This document shows positions 48,478-59,940 of a stretch of 64,000 nucleotides of DNA, piece by piece. Below the pieces are notes generated by a model, which was not told where the DNA came from, did not search any database, and was given only the letters and a program-made list of their open reading frames with translations. This DNA comes from an uncultured Alphaproteobacteria bacterium. Lineage in GTDB: Bacteria > Pseudomonadota > Alphaproteobacteria > RF32 > CAG-239. The stretch lies in the NCBI GenBank assembly GCA_910587405.1, contig CAJUKS010000001.1, forward strand, positions 197,325 to 261,324, in the 5' to 3' direction. Positions within the stretch are counted from its first letter, which is position 1. The number at the start of each line of letters is the position of its first letter. The position numbers were made by a program, and so were the translations under genes.

Positions 48478-48930
48478 ATGTTAAGAGACGAAATTCAGAC
48501 TGCCGTCAAAGAAGCAATGAAAAACCACGAAGCCGAACGTTTGAGCACGGTACGGATGATCTTGGCCGGCATAAAGGAAAAAGACGTGGACGCGCGCGGC
48601 AAGGGCAAGGAATGCGCAAGTGAGGCGGATATTCTGTCGATGATGCAGACAATGATCAAACAGCGTCAGGAATCGGCTAAAATTTATCGCGAAGGCAATC
48701 GTGCCGAACTGGCGGAAAAGGAAGAAGCCGAAATTGCGGTGATTCAGGGCTTTTTGCCCAAGCAAATGGATGATGCCGAAGTTGAAGCCGCCGTCAGAGC
48801 GGCGATTGAAGAAACCGGCGCCGCATCAATGAAAGACATGGGCAAAGTGATGGGTGCTTTGAAGCAGAAATATGCCGGTCAAATGGATTTCGGCGCTGTT
48901 TCCGGCAAAATTAAAGCGATGTTGAGTTAG
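48478..48930 (+). CDS. GatB/YqeY domain protein
   Basis: 150-aa ORF read from the track, with no diagnostic motif. It sits directly upstream of dnaG-rpoD. Confidence 0.85.
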   Translation: MLRDEIQTAVKEAMKNHEAERLSTVRMILAGIKEKDVDARGKGKECASEADILSMMQTMIKQRQESAKIYREGNRAELAEKEEAEIAVIQGFLPKQMDDAEVEAAVRAAIEETGAASMKDMGKVMGALKQKYAGQMDFGAVSGKIKAMLS

Positions 48931-48937
48931 GCGGCGG

Positions 48938-50770
48938 ATGGAAACCGACTTTCAGAAATTTTTGGATGAACTGCGTTCCCGGGTTTCGGTGGCCGATGTC
49001 GTCGGCGCCAAGGTTAAACTTGTCCGCAAGGGGAAGGAATATATGGGACTGTGTCCTTTTCACAATGAAAAGACGCCGTCTTTTACCGTTAACGAAGCCA
49101 AAGGATTCTACCATTGTTTCGGTTGCGGCGCTCACGGAGACATCATCAAATTCGAAATGGAGGCCAACGGGCTGCCTTTTATTGATGCCGTAACCAAACT
49201 GGCCAACAAAGCCGGCTTGAGAGTGCCGCAAATCAGCCGTGAAAATCCGGAAGAAGTTCAAAAACGCAGTTCATGGTATGAAATTACTGAAATGGCGGCT
49301 GCTTATTTTGAAAAAAATCTGCGTCTGACCGGCGGAAAAGCGGCGATGGCCTATTTGGAACGGCGCGGGTTTGACGAAAACATCATCAAAAAATTCCGTC
49401 TCGGGTACGCGCCGGACAACAACGGATTGAGAGCCTGGCTGGCTTCGAGAAATGTCAGCGAAAGCGATATGATCGAGTTGGGTTTGGCGGTATTGTCGGA
49501 AAAAAACGGCAAAATCTACGACTTTTTCCGCGACCGTGTCATTATTCCGATTATGGACAAACGGGGAAGGGTGATCGCTTTCGGCGGACGGGTGATGGGA
49601 GACGGTCAGCCCAAATATCTGAATTCGCCGGATACGCCGATCTTTAACAAACGACGGGTGCTCTACAATTTGAATTATGCGCGCGATAAGGCGTTTGAAA
49701 AACGGCGGATTGTCGTCTGCGAAGGGTATATGGACGTGATTGCCCAGGCAAAGTACGGTTTTGAGTATGCGGTGGCGCCGCTCGGAACCGCGCTGACCGA
49801 GGAACAAATTACCGAAGCTTGGAAAATCTGTCCCGAACCGACCTTGTGTTTTGACGGCGACAATGCCGGTATTCATGCGGCCACCCGTTCGATTGACCGG
49901 GCATTGCCGATTTTGAAAGCCGGATATTCGCTCAAATACGTCTTTTTGCCCGACAAGATGGATCCGGACGAGTTTTTGCGTGCCAAAGGGGCGGAAGAAT
50001 ATGAAAACGCTCTGCAAAACACGGTGCCGCTGGCAGATTTGTTATGGCGCAAAAACGTCGAATCGGTTCCGGCCGAAACCCCGGAACAGAAAGCGCTGTT
50101 TGAGAAAACGCTTTTGGAAGAAGTGTCCAAAATTACCGACGAAAAAGTGCGCGGCTATTATTTGCAAGACATGAAAAGCCGTATTTATGCGCGGTTTCGA
50201 CCGGTTGCCGTTCCGCGTCCGGAAAGCGGAAACGAAAAACGAAGCTTTGCCGATGCGGCAAAACGTAAAAACGGCCCCGTCCGCAGCAATGCCGCCAAAC
50301 CGCAACCGGTTAAAATCACGTTGGACGAGATGGTGGCCAAGTTTATTGCCGCCGCCATGTTTTGTTATCCGTGCCTGATCGGCGAATATGAAGAAAAGGC
50401 CGGAATGTTTGAAATCGGTGACGAAAGCCTGCGGCTGTTGTTGGAAAAAATGGCGGAAGTTTATCATCAGCATGAACCGACGGAGAGTTCCGCTTTGTAT
50501 CAGGCCTTGAAAGAAGAAGGCTTCTCCCGTTATATTGACGCTTTGTGGCAGGTTCAGATGATTCGACAGCAAAATCCGGATTTGCGCAAACTGCGCCGCG
50601 ACATTGACAATACGATTTTGGAAATGCAGCTGAAACAGCTTGACAACGAAATATGCGATTGCCGACGCCGGATCGAAACTGCCGAGTCGTTTCCCGAAGA
50701 AGTTTATCAACGCTATCAAATGCTGAAAAAAGAGCGTGCTCTTTTGCTGGCGGAAAAAAATATCGAATAA
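48938..50770 (+). CDS. dnaG: DNA primase
   Basis: CPFHNEKTPSF zinc finger and a TOPRIM domain. Confidence 0.95.
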   Translation: METDFQKFLDELRSRVSVADVVGAKVKLVRKGKEYMGLCPFHNEKTPSFTVNEAKGFYHCFGCGAHGDIIKFEMEANGLPFIDAVTKLANKAGLRVPQISRENPEEVQKRSSWYEITEMAAAYFEKNLRLTGGKAAMAYLERRGFDENIIKKFRLGYAPDNNGLRAWLASRNVSESDMIELGLAVLSEKNGKIYDFFRDRVIIPIMDKRGRVIAFGGRVMGDGQPKYLNSPDTPIFNKRRVLYNLNYARDKAFEKRRIVVCEGYMDVIAQAKYGFEYAVAPLGTALTEEQITEAWKICPEPTLCFDGDNAGIHAATRSIDRALPILKAGYSLKYVFLPDKMDPDEFLRAKGAEEYENALQNTVPLADLLWRKNVESVPAETPEQKALFEKTLLEEVSKITDEKVRGYYLQDMKSRIYARFRPVAVPRPESGNEKRSFADAAKRKNGPVRSNAAKPQPVKITLDEMVAKFIAAAMFCYPCLIGEYEEKAGMFEIGDESLRLLLEKMAEVYHQHEPTESSALYQALKEEGFSRYIDALWQVQMIRQQNPDLRKLRRDIDNTILEMQLKQLDNEICDCRRRIETAESFPEEVYQRYQMLKKERALLLAEKNIE

Positions 50771-50949
50771 CGGTTGTGTTCACAAAACGGCTCAATTACT
50801 TACTTTAGTTGTATTGTCGTTTGCAAAGGCGAAATTATTTATAAGAGTGGTGTTGACAAATTGACAAGAAAACTCTAAAAAAGAGCGGCTAGCAACTTGT
50901 TCTCCGAATGCAACGTTCGGCAGAAAAAAATCGATTTTTGGGAAAAAAT

Positions 50950-53037
50950 ATGTCAGATACAGAAAATCAAGACTTTTATGAGGCCGGCGCTGTCGACGCC
51001 CCGCTGATTGACAGTTTGGGAAGCGCTATCAAACGGGTGGTCGAAAAAGGAAAAGCCCGCGGCTATATTACGGTGGAAGAACTCAACAAAGCTCTGCCGT
51101 CCGATAAGGAATCTTCCGAGCAAATTGAAGATATAATGTCGGAAATTTCGGATATGGGAATCAGTATCATCTCTGAATCCGAAGCCGATAATTTTGAACC
51201 CGAGGAAGAAGCGGAAGACGATACGGACTTTGAGGAATCAGGCAATTTTGACGAAAAAGACATGGGGCGTTACGATGACCCGGTCCGGATGTATTTAAAA
51301 GAAATGGGCTCGGTGGAACTGCTGTCGCGCGAAGGCGAAATTGCGATTGCCAAGCGGATCGAAGCCGGCAAAACCGTCATGATCGACGGTTTGTGCGAAA
51401 GCCCGATGACAATTAAGGCGATTGCGGGATGGAAAGATGATCTGCTTTCCGGCAAAATGCAACTGCGCGACGTGGTCGACTTGGAAATGATGTACGGCGA
51501 CGACCCGGAAGCGTTGGTTTATGAAGACGAAGAAAGCGCACCGGTGGACGATTTGGAAAAAGTGGCCGCCGAGTTGGAAAAGAAAGAAAATCTGGATGAC
51601 ATTGACGAGGATCTGACCGACGATATCGATCTGGAAGACGCCGTGGACGACGAAGAAAACGCCGATGAAGACGAAGATACGGCAGGAATTGACGGTGAAG
51701 CCGGCGACGAAGCGGTTGACGGCGCGGCACATATGGACGATTCCGAAGACGGAGTCGGCGGCCATTCGTCGGCTTCTGTCTCGGCGATGGAAGAAGCTTT
51801 GTGGGAACCGGTTCTGGAAATTTTGACCCGCATCTCCAGTTATTATGATGATTTGAAAAAAATCCAAAGTCAGCGGGTGGAAGCGATTCTGGCGGGAAAA
51901 AGCATTAAGCCTGCCGTCGAAAAGAAATATGTTCAGGTTAAACGGGAACTGGTCGAATTGATGAGTTCGATCCATCTTAACGCCGTCCGAATTGAACAAC
52001 TGGTCGAACAGCTGAATGATCTGAACAAACGTTTGATGGGGCTGGAAGGCAAATTGTTGCGTTATGCGCTCGCCTGCAAAATCAAGCGAGAAGATTTTCT
52101 TGACGTTTATCAAAAATCGGAATTGGATCCGAACTGGGTCGAAAACGTTTCGCGCAAAAAAGACAAGCACTGGCAGGATTTTGTAAACAGATACGGCGCC
52201 GAAGTCGTGGAACTGCGCGACAGCGTGGCCCGCATGGCTCAGGAATGCGGTTTGCCGATTACCGAATATCGCCGGATGGTTGATACGATTAAGAAAGGCG
52301 AACGCGAAGCCGAACGTGCCAAAAAAGAGATGATTGAAGCCAACCTGCGTCTGGTTATTTCAATTGCGAAAAAATACACCAACCGCGGTTTGCAGTTTTT
52401 GGATCTGATTCAGGAAGGCAACATCGGCCTGATGAAGGCGGTTGACAAGTTTGAGTATCGCCGCGGTTATAAGTTCTCGACTTATGCCACCTGGTGGATC
52501 CGTCAGGCGATTACGCGTTCGATTGCCGATCAGGCGAGAACGATCCGTATCCCGGTTCATATGATCGAAACCATCAATAAACTGGTCAGAACCTCACGGC
52601 AGATGCTGTCGGAAATGGGACGCGAGCCGGTACCGGAAGAACTGGCGGCCCGGTTGTCGATGCCGCTTGAAAAAGTGCGCAAAGTGATGAAAATTGCCAA
52701 AGAACCGGTCAGTTTGGAATCTCCGGTCGGTGATGAGGAAGACTCTTCCCTCGGCGATTTTATTCCCGACGAGAGCGCTTTGCAGCCGCTTGATTCGGCC
52801 ATCCATACCAACCTGAAAGAAACCTGCACCCGCATCCTGTCGTCGTTGACGCCGCGCGAAGAACGGGTTTTGCGGATGCGTTTCGGCATCGGTATGAATA
52901 CAGACCATACGTTGGAAGAAGTGGGACAGCAATTTAACGTTACCCGCGAGCGTATCCGCCAAATTGAGGCCAAAGCGCTGCGCAAGCTGAAACATCCGAG
53001 CCGGTCACGCAAGTTACGTTCGTTTTTGGATCAATAA
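50950..53037 (+). CDS. rpoD: RNA polymerase sigma factor RpoD
   Basis: Start at MSDTENQ. Acidic region 1.1 plus a non-conserved insert, with regions 2-4. A terminator follows at 53040..53072. Confidence 0.95.
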   Translation: MSDTENQDFYEAGAVDAPLIDSLGSAIKRVVEKGKARGYITVEELNKALPSDKESSEQIEDIMSEISDMGISIISESEADNFEPEEEAEDDTDFEESGNFDEKDMGRYDDPVRMYLKEMGSVELLSREGEIAIAKRIEAGKTVMIDGLCESPMTIKAIAGWKDDLLSGKMQLRDVVDLEMMYGDDPEALVYEDEESAPVDDLEKVAAELEKKENLDDIDEDLTDDIDLEDAVDDEENADEDEDTAGIDGEAGDEAVDGAAHMDDSEDGVGGHSSASVSAMEEALWEPVLEILTRISSYYDDLKKIQSQRVEAILAGKSIKPAVEKKYVQVKRELVELMSSIHLNAVRIEQLVEQLNDLNKRLMGLEGKLLRYALACKIKREDFLDVYQKSELDPNWVENVSRKKDKHWQDFVNRYGAEVVELRDSVARMAQECGLPITEYRRMVDTIKKGEREAERAKKEMIEANLRLVISIAKKYTNRGLQFLDLIQEGNIGLMKAVDKFEYRRGYKFSTYATWWIRQAITRSIADQARTIRIPVHMIETINKLVRTSRQMLSEMGREPVPEELAARLSMPLEKVRKVMKIAKEPVSLESPVGDEEDSSLGDFIPDESALQPLDSAIHTNLKETCTRILSSLTPREERVLRMRFGIGMNTDHTLEEVGQQFNVTRERIRQIEAKALRKLKHPSRSRKLRSFLDQ

Positions 53038-53039
53038 AA

Positions 53040-53072
53040 GAAAAAAACTCCCTCAAACAGGGAGTTTTTTTT
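53040..53072 (+). terminator. Rho-independent terminator after rpoD
   Basis: aaaaaactccctcaaacagggagtttttttt. Confidence 0.55.
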
Positions 53073-53265
53073 ATCTGAATTAGTTTAAGACGTATACCGG
53101 TTGACGGCAAGGCCGGCGCGGGCGGTTCAAGGCAAAGAAGTTACGGTCGTCGTCTTTTTAAACAGAATGCTGAAAATATAAAAAACAGTCCGATTTTTAA
53201 AAGGAAAAGTCTGGTTGACAAAATATTGTTTTTTTGTATAATAAAGATGTTAAAAAATTATAAAC

Positions 53266-53652
53266 TTGATTACTATGAGTATGCAACAGATTATCAATGC
53301 AGCTAAAGAAAACTACAATGTTGCCGTTAATATGGCTTCCATGTTTTTAACCGGTGAAATCGAACCCAAAAATCCGGGCGAAGTCCTGATGATGTTTGAC
53401 GCAAGTCAACGTTGGTTGGAAAAGGCAGCGCAGTCAAAAACGACATCCGAGTTTCCGGACCTCGTATTTCTGAGCGATCAAAAGGAACAGCTGATCCGGC
53501 TGGTTCTGACGCACGAACAACGTTTTCTCAGCTATGTCGAAACTTTTATCGGCAGCGATACCCCTCTGAAAGGAGTGTTCTCCAAGCTGGCTAACGCGCT
53601 CGAAGCTCAGGAAGGGGCTTCGGCAGAATGGAAAAAGTATCGGGAAGCATAA
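53266..53652 (+). CDS. Hypothetical protein
   Basis: 128 aa with no motif. Confidence 0.35.
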   Translation: MITMSMQQIINAAKENYNVAVNMASMFLTGEIEPKNPGEVLMMFDASQRWLEKAAQSKTTSEFPDLVFLSDQKEQLIRLVLTHEQRFLSYVETFIGSDTPLKGVFSKLANALEAQEGASAEWKKYREA

Positions 53653-53758
53653 GATGCTTGCCCGTTATTAAATAAACACTTGAGCGACAAAAAGCTTGAG
53701 TGTTTATTTTTTTTGCACTAATACAACAGGCAGCATGTCATAGTGAAAGGGAACGGTT

Positions 53759-54202
53759 ATGAAAGGTCATTATTCCGACGACGAAAAACGCCAAATGCAG
53801 ATAACGGCACAAGCAAAAAACAAATCGAGATTGCAGGAACTGATTGATTTCTCCAAGCTGTCCGGATTTGAACGGCTGGGTATTGCCAGCTGTGCGGGAA
53901 TGCTGGCCTATGCCAAAAAACTGGTTGTTTTGCTGCAGGAAGCCGGATTTGAAGTTTATTTGGTTCATTGCAAAGAAAGCGGTCTCAATGCTTCGGAAAT
54001 TGATGCCGGCATGTGCGGACCCAGTTGTGATCCGCTTTCTCAGGCCGATTATTTGAACAGTCGGAACACGGATCTTAACATTATTATGGGCTTGTGTTTA
54101 GGACACGGGCTGCTGTTCGAAAAACATTCGCTGGCACCGGTAACGACGTTGGTTGTCAAAGATTTTGCCACCGGACACAAAACCGTGGAAGAACTGGCAT
54201 AA
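53759..54202 (+). CDS. Hypothetical Cys-containing protein (DUF1847-like)
   Basis: 147 aa with CxxxC and CGPSCD motifs. Confidence 0.4.
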   Translation: MKGHYSDDEKRQMQITAQAKNKSRLQELIDFSKLSGFERLGIASCAGMLAYAKKLVVLLQEAGFEVYLVHCKESGLNASEIDAGMCGPSCDPLSQADYLNSRNTDLNIIMGLCLGHGLLFEKHSLAPVTTLVVKDFATGHKTVEELA

Positions 54203-54218
54203 CGAAATCCGCAACGCT

Positions 54219-56300
54219 TTATCCCGCCAGATAAGTTTTGACGGCGTCGTCGCGTTCAAACAGATAAAGCAGGGTACGCAAAGCTTGTCCGCGGGGTGAG
54301 GTCAGTTCGGGATCGGCGGCAAGAATCATTCGGGCGTCTTTGTTGGCGGTAACCAACAGATTTTGGTGTTCGGGCATTTGCGCCACTTTGAAGTTTTCGC
54401 AACCCGACTGACGGGTTCCGAGGATTTCGCCGCCGCCGCGCAGTTTTAAGTCTTCTTCGGCGATCACAAAACCGTCTTCGGTATCGCGCATGATGTTGAG
54501 ACGCGCGCGCGAAGTTGCCCCCAGCGGATAGCCGTACAGCAAAATACAGGTGGCCGGCCGGCTGCCGCGTTTGACGCGGCCGCGCAGCTGGTGAAGCTGG
54601 GCAAGACCGAAACGTTCGGCATGTTCGATAATCATCACCGTAGCTTCCGGTACATTGACGCCGACTTCAATGACGGTGGTTGCCACCAGCAATTTGATTT
54701 CGCCGTTTTTGAAACGTTCCATAATTTCGTCTTTTTGCTTTTCTTTCATTTTGCCGTGAACTAATCCGACGTCGGCACCAAAAGCTTTTTGCAGGATTTC
54801 AAAACGGTTTTCGGCTGCGGCAAGATCAAGCTTTTCGGATTCTTCGACCAACGGGCACACCCAGTAAATTCTCTCCCCGGCAGCGATTTTACGCTGCAGG
54901 GCCGGGATAATTTCATCAATCCGCGTTAACGGCATTGCCCGGGTGTCCACCGGCTTGCGTCCTTCCGGAAGTTGGTCGATTTTCGAGTATTCCATATCGC
55001 CGAACGCGGTCAAAATCAGCGTCCGCGGGATCGGCGTCGCCGTCATTACCAACACGTCGGCCCGGTTGCCTTTGGCGGACAAGTTCAAACGCTGGTGAAC
55101 GCCGAAACGGTGTTGCTCGTCTATTATAACACAGGCAAGATCGTTAAAAACGACGTCTTCGACAAACAAAGCATGCGTGCCGATCAAAATGTTGATTTTT
55201 CCCTGTTGCAGCTGTTCCAACAGCAAAGTGCGCGATTTTCCTTTGATGCGACCGGTAAGCAGGGCTGCTTTCAGTCCCGCTTCTTCACATAAAGGCGCAA
55301 TGGTGTCAAAATGCTGTTTGGCCAAAATTTCCGTCGGCGCCATGATGGCGGCCTGATAACCGCATTCGACCGCATTGAGCATGGTTAAAAGCGCGACGAT
55401 CGTTTTGCCGCTGCCGACGTCTCCCTGAAGCAGTCGCAGCATTCGGCTTGCGGCCGCCTGATCGGCCGATATTTCGGCAAGAACCTTTTGTTGCGCATCG
55501 GTCAGTTTGAACGGCAAGCGGTCTAAAACTTTGCGCCGCAACAACCCGTTGCCGGCAATTTGGCGTCCCGGCTGTTTTTTGACTTTGGCGCGTACCAGAG
55601 CCAGTGACAACTGGTTGGCGAGCAGTTCGTCATAAGCCAGCCGCATCCGTGCCGGAGAAGACGGCAGCAAAGCCGCGGTGCCGTCAGGATGATGAATCTG
55701 TTCCAACGCGGGTTTGAAAGCCGGAAAGCCGAGTGATTTCATATGGTTGGGTTCCAACCACTCCGGCAACGCCGGAATCAGGGGCAGAGCGTTATATATC
55801 AGCCGGCTGATAAATTTGTTGGTAATGCCGGCAGTGAGACCGTAAACCGGTTCAATTTCGGGGATCTGCCGGCTGTTTTCCGGCGCGGTAATATAATCGG
55901 GGTGGCTCATTTGCCAGCGACCGTTAAAAAGCTCGACTTTGCCGCTGATGACCCTTTCGGCGCCGAGCGGCAGGTTCTTTTGGATAGAATCGGGATAAGC
56001 CTTGAAAAAGACCAGAGTGATTTGTCCGCTGTCGTCTTCGCATAAAACCTGATAAGGTTGTTTGCGGCTCCTGGGAGCCAAGTGTTCCACAACCCGGATC
56101 CTTACGGTATTTATTTCGCCGTTTTTCAAATCGGCCACCGAGGGAGAACGCCGTCGGTCGTTGCAGGCGTACGGCAAATGCCAGAGCAGGTCGGCGATCC
56201 TGTCGATCCCGAGGTTGTGCAAAAGTCCGAGGTATTTGTCTCCGACGCCCCGAATTGATGAAGGCGAAGCAAACAACGGATATAAAAATGACGGCCGCAT
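54219..56300 (-). CDS. recG: ATP-dependent DNA helicase RecG
   Basis: Wedge domain plus SF2 helicase motifs (GDVGSGKT, DEQHRFG). Confidence 0.95.
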   Translation of the reverse strand: MRPSFLYPLFASPSSIRGVGDKYLGLLHNLGIDRIADLLWHLPYACNDRRRSPSVADLKNGEINTVRIRVVEHLAPRSRKQPYQVLCEDDSGQITLVFFKAYPDSIQKNLPLGAERVISGKVELFNGRWQMSHPDYITAPENSRQIPEIEPVYGLTAGITNKFISRLIYNALPLIPALPEWLEPNHMKSLGFPAFKPALEQIHHPDGTAALLPSSPARMRLAYDELLANQLSLALVRAKVKKQPGRQIAGNGLLRRKVLDRLPFKLTDAQQKVLAEISADQAAASRMLRLLQGDVGSGKTIVALLTMLNAVECGYQAAIMAPTEILAKQHFDTIAPLCEEAGLKAALLTGRIKGKSRTLLLEQLQQGKINILIGTHALFVEDVVFNDLACVIIDEQHRFGVHQRLNLSAKGNRADVLVMTATPIPRTLILTAFGDMEYSKIDQLPEGRKPVDTRAMPLTRIDEIIPALQRKIAAGERIYWVCPLVEESEKLDLAAAENRFEILQKAFGADVGLVHGKMKEKQKDEIMERFKNGEIKLLVATTVIEVGVNVPEATVMIIEHAERFGLAQLHQLRGRVKRGSRPATCILLYGYPLGATSRARLNIMRDTEDGFVIAEEDLKLRGGGEILGTRQSGCENFKVAQMPEHQNLLVTANKDARMILAADPELTSPRGQALRTLLYLFERDDAVKTYLAG

Positions 56301-56380
56301 GATTTTTTGCCTAAAAAAAGGTTGCTATCGCTCCTAATTGTATATATTTTTGAAAAAGATGTAAACAAGAAGATAGAAAG

Positions 56381-59300
56381 ATGCCAAAAGATCCGATTTC
56401 CCTTTCTTCCGTCAGCGAAGGCTATGAGCCTTTTGCCGTGGCCGGACTGTATCGTCACAGTGCCGACGACGTTTTGTATATTGCCAGCGACGGTACTGCG
56501 CTTGAACAAAATGCCGATATCTTACAGGCCTTGCTGCCGGATGCGGAAATTTTGCGTTTTCCGGCCTGGGACACCGTGCCTTATGATCGCGTTTCTCCCA
56601 ACATTAACCTGATTGCCCGACGTACCGATACGCTGGGCCGGTTGGCGGTTGAACCCCAGAGCAAGCGTCCGCGGATAATTGTGACCAGCGTCGGCGCGGT
56701 TTTGCAAAAATTGCCGCCCAAAAAGATTTTTCTTAACTCGAGGAAAGAAGTCAGGGTCGGCAGTACGCTGAATTTTAACAATTTTATTCACTATATGTCA
56801 ATCAACGGCTACAGCCGGGTCGAACAGGTGATGGAACCCGGCGAATATGCGGTTCGCGGCGACATTGTCGACATATTTCCCACCGGATCGGCGGAGCCGC
56901 TGCGGATTGATCTGTTTGGCGACGAAGTGGAAAAAATTCGCACTTTTGATGCTTTGAGCCAACGGACCACCGGCGAAATCAAAAGCTATTTGTTCCAAGC
57001 TGCCGGGGAAGCGGTGTTGGACGAGAATACGATCAGAAGTTTTCGCAGCCGTTATCGCGAGGCCTTTGGCGCCGTTTTCAAAGACGACGAGATTTACGAA
57101 GCCGTCTCTAACGGACGCAAGTATATGGGAATGGAAAACTGGCTGCCGTTTTTTTATGAAGAGCCGTTGCCGAGTCTGTTTGAATACTTACCGCGTGCCA
57201 AAATCGTGATCGGTCGCAATGCCGACGCCGCCTTATCTTCAAAAAGCGAAAGCATTGCCGATCATTATGTGTCGCGGCTGGAAGCCCTGAAAGTCAAAAC
57301 CGCCGGAGAAGTCGACAATTATCGACCGGTCCCGCCGGAACAATTATATCTCGACGAAAAAGAATTCGGCAATATTATCAAAAATCGTCGTGCGGTGTCT
57401 CTTACCGGAATGAAACTGCCCGAAAACGACGACAATTGCGATACCGGCATTTTACCGGGACGCGATTTCTCCGCCGCCAAAAGCGTTAACGCTGCTCAGG
57501 TTTATTTGGATTTGCTTGCCTATTTGACCGAATACGGAAAAATGAAGCGGATTATCTGCTGTTATTCTCCGGGATCGCGCGAACGGCTGTTTGCTTTGAT
57601 CAACGACGCCAAAGCCGAGAGCCGTTTTGCCTCGCTGGAGTTTGCCTTTGCCGACAGTTGGAAAGAAGCGGTTGACAAGGCTGATATCCGCAAGGTGGCG
57701 ATGGTTGTGCTTAACCTGCCGCACGGGTTTCGCGGTGACGGCTTGTGCGTGGTTGCCGAACAGGATATTCTGGGGGCCAGACAAAACCGCCGCACCGTCA
57801 AAAAGGTAACTTCCAAGGATTTTATCGCGGACATTTCCGCACTCAACATCGGCGAACCGGTTGTTCATATCGAGCACGGCATCGGGCGTTTTATGGGGTT
57901 GGAAAACATTACGGCCGGCGGTGCGCCGCACGATTGCCTGAAGATTATTTATGCCAACGGCGACAAACTGTTTGTGCCGGTCGAAAACATCGAAACGGTT
58001 TCCCGCTACGGAATTGACGATGACAATATTCAACTGGACACTCTCGGAGGCTCGGCTTGGGAAGCTAAAAAGGCGAAGGTCAAAAAACGTATTCACGAAA
58101 TTGCCGAAAAGCTGATCGCAATCGCGGCGCAGCGGCAATTGAAAAAAGCGGAGGCCTATATCGCGCCGGAAGGATTATATGACGAATTTTGTTCCGGTTT
58201 TCCCTATAACGAAACCGAAGATCAGCTGAATGCGATCGGCGACGTTCTCGGAGATTTGTCGGCGGGGATTCCGATGGACCGGCTGGTTTGCGGCGACGTC
58301 GGTTTCGGCAAAACCGAAGTGGCGCTCCGAGCCGCCTTTGCCGTGGCAATGTCCGGTGCCCAGGCGGCGTTGATTGTGCCGACAACTTTGCTGGCCCGGC
58401 AGCATTATTACAATTTCATGCAGCGAATGGCCGGTTTTCCGCTCAAGGTGCGGATGTTGTCGCGTTTACAGACGGCGACCGAGGCCCGTAAAGTCAAAGA
58501 AGGTCTGAAAGACGGTTCTGTGGACATTGTCATCGGCACCCACGCATTGCTGGCCAACAATATCGAATTCAGCAATCTGGGGCTGCTGATTATTGACGAA
58601 GAACAGCATTTTGGGGTTGCGCATAAAGAAAAACTCAAAAATCTGAAAGCCGATGTTCATGTGCTGACCCTGACGGCGACGCCGATCCCGCGGACGTTGC
58701 AAATGTCTCTGACCGGCGTGAAACAGTTGAGCATTATCGCCACCCCGCCGGTTGACCGGTTGGCGGCGCGAACTTTTGTGATGCCGTTTGACGGCGTGAT
58801 GATCAAGGAGGCCATTTACCGTGAGAAATTCCGCGGCGGCCAGACTTTTGTCGTTTGTCCTCGGGTTTCTGACATTGCGCGGGTTCATGATGTGTTGCAG
58901 GAACTGGCGCCCGATGCCAAAATTTTGGTCGCTCACGGACAAATGACGGTTAAACAGCTGGAAGAAGTGATGAACGCTTTTGCCGATCGCAAGGGAGACA
59001 TTCTGCTTTCGACGACAATTATCGAGTCGGGAATTGATATGCCGTCGGTGAATACCATGATCGTTTATCGGGCGGATATGTTCGGTTTGGCTCAACTTTA
59101 TCAGTTGCGGGGACGGATCGGCCGTTCGAAAGTGCGCGGTTATTGTTATTTTACGGTGCCGCCGAAAAAGAATTTGAAGCCGATTGCCGAGCGGCGTTTG
59201 AGCATTTTGCAAGCGTTGGACAGTCTGGGTGCCGGGTTCTCGCTGGCCAGTCACGATATGGACATCCGCGGATCGGGAAATATTCTCGGCGAAGAACAGT

Positions 59301-59854
59301 CGGGACATATCAAAGAGGTCGGTATAGCCCTCTATCATCATATGCTGGAAGAAGAAATCGCCCGCATCAAGGCCGGTGCGAATGCCGAAGCGGAGACCAA
59401 AGGAAGCAGCGACTGGAGCCCGCAAATCGTTACCGGAGTGCCGATCATGATTCCCGAAACTTATGTGCGTGATCTGGGTGTGCGGCTGGGATTGTATAAA
59501 CGCATCGGCAGTTTGGAAACGCCGGAAGCGTTGCTGGATATGCGTGAAGAGTTGGTTGACCGTTTCGGTCCGGTGCCGCCGGAAGTGGAAAATCTGCTTA
59601 AGACGGTTGAAATCAAACAATTGTGCCGCTGTGCTAACATTGAAAAAATTGATGCCGGGGCCAAAGGATTTTTGATTACTTTTCATAACAATGTTTTTCG
59701 TGCGCCGGAAAAGCTGGTAGAACTGGTCGCCCGTTCTTTTGGTTCGCTGAAAGTTCGACCCGATCAGAAGCTGTTGGTGGAAAAAGATTTGGAAAGCTAC
59801 AGCCGCCGTTTGGAAACGATCAAGGATTATGTAACCAAGATCAACCGGCTTTAA
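56381..59854 (+). CDS. mfd: Transcription-repair coupling factor
   Basis: 1157 aa with UvrB-homology, RNAP-interacting, SF2 translocase (GDVGFGKTE, DEEQHFG) and TRG motifs. Confidence 0.95.
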   Translation: MPKDPISLSSVSEGYEPFAVAGLYRHSADDVLYIASDGTALEQNADILQALLPDAEILRFPAWDTVPYDRVSPNINLIARRTDTLGRLAVEPQSKRPRIIVTSVGAVLQKLPPKKIFLNSRKEVRVGSTLNFNNFIHYMSINGYSRVEQVMEPGEYAVRGDIVDIFPTGSAEPLRIDLFGDEVEKIRTFDALSQRTTGEIKSYLFQAAGEAVLDENTIRSFRSRYREAFGAVFKDDEIYEAVSNGRKYMGMENWLPFFYEEPLPSLFEYLPRAKIVIGRNADAALSSKSESIADHYVSRLEALKVKTAGEVDNYRPVPPEQLYLDEKEFGNIIKNRRAVSLTGMKLPENDDNCDTGILPGRDFSAAKSVNAAQVYLDLLAYLTEYGKMKRIICCYSPGSRERLFALINDAKAESRFASLEFAFADSWKEAVDKADIRKVAMVVLNLPHGFRGDGLCVVAEQDILGARQNRRTVKKVTSKDFIADISALNIGEPVVHIEHGIGRFMGLENITAGGAPHDCLKIIYANGDKLFVPVENIETVSRYGIDDDNIQLDTLGGSAWEAKKAKVKKRIHEIAEKLIAIAAQRQLKKAEAYIAPEGLYDEFCSGFPYNETEDQLNAIGDVLGDLSAGIPMDRLVCGDVGFGKTEVALRAAFAVAMSGAQAALIVPTTLLARQHYYNFMQRMAGFPLKVRMLSRLQTATEARKVKEGLKDGSVDIVIGTHALLANNIEFSNLGLLIIDEEQHFGVAHKEKLKNLKADVHVLTLTATPIPRTLQMSLTGVKQLSIIATPPVDRLAARTFVMPFDGVMIKEAIYREKFRGGQTFVVCPRVSDIARVHDVLQELAPDAKILVAHGQMTVKQLEEVMNAFADRKGDILLSTTIIESGIDMPSVNTMIVYRADMFGLAQLYQLRGRIGRSKVRGYCYFTVPPKKNLKPIAERRLSILQALDSLGAGFSLASHDMDIRGSGNILGEEQSGHIKEVGIALYHHMLEEEIARIKAGANAEAETKGSSDWSPQIVTGVPIMIPETYVRDLGVRLGLYKRIGSLETPEALLDMREELVDRFGPVPPEVENLLKTVEIKQLCRCANIEKIDAGAKGFLITFHNNVFRAPEKLVELVARSFGSLKVRPDQKLLVEKDLESYSRRLETIKDYVTKINRL

Positions 59855-59888
59855 TGTGAGACAAGCAAGTTGTTTCGTTAAAAAATAC

Positions 59889-59925
59889 TCCGAAAAACCC
59901 GTGTCTTTCGGAGTATTAAAAATAA
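59889..59925. terminator. Bidirectional terminator between mfd and the DUF192 gene
   Basis: actccgaaaaacccgtgtctttcggagt hairpin. Confidence 0.45.
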
Positions 59926-59940
59926 CGACCGTCGCAATAT

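Noticed and set aside
51295-52170. 291-aa minus-strand ORF (and several 60-150-aa ORFs) antisense to rpoD
   Set aside because: It overlaps the conserved sigma-70 coding sequence and is a compositional artefact.
58466-59686. 406-aa minus-strand ORF antisense to mfd, and 49271..50719 ORFs antisense to dnaG
   Set aside because: They overlap well-supported housekeeping genes on the opposite strand.
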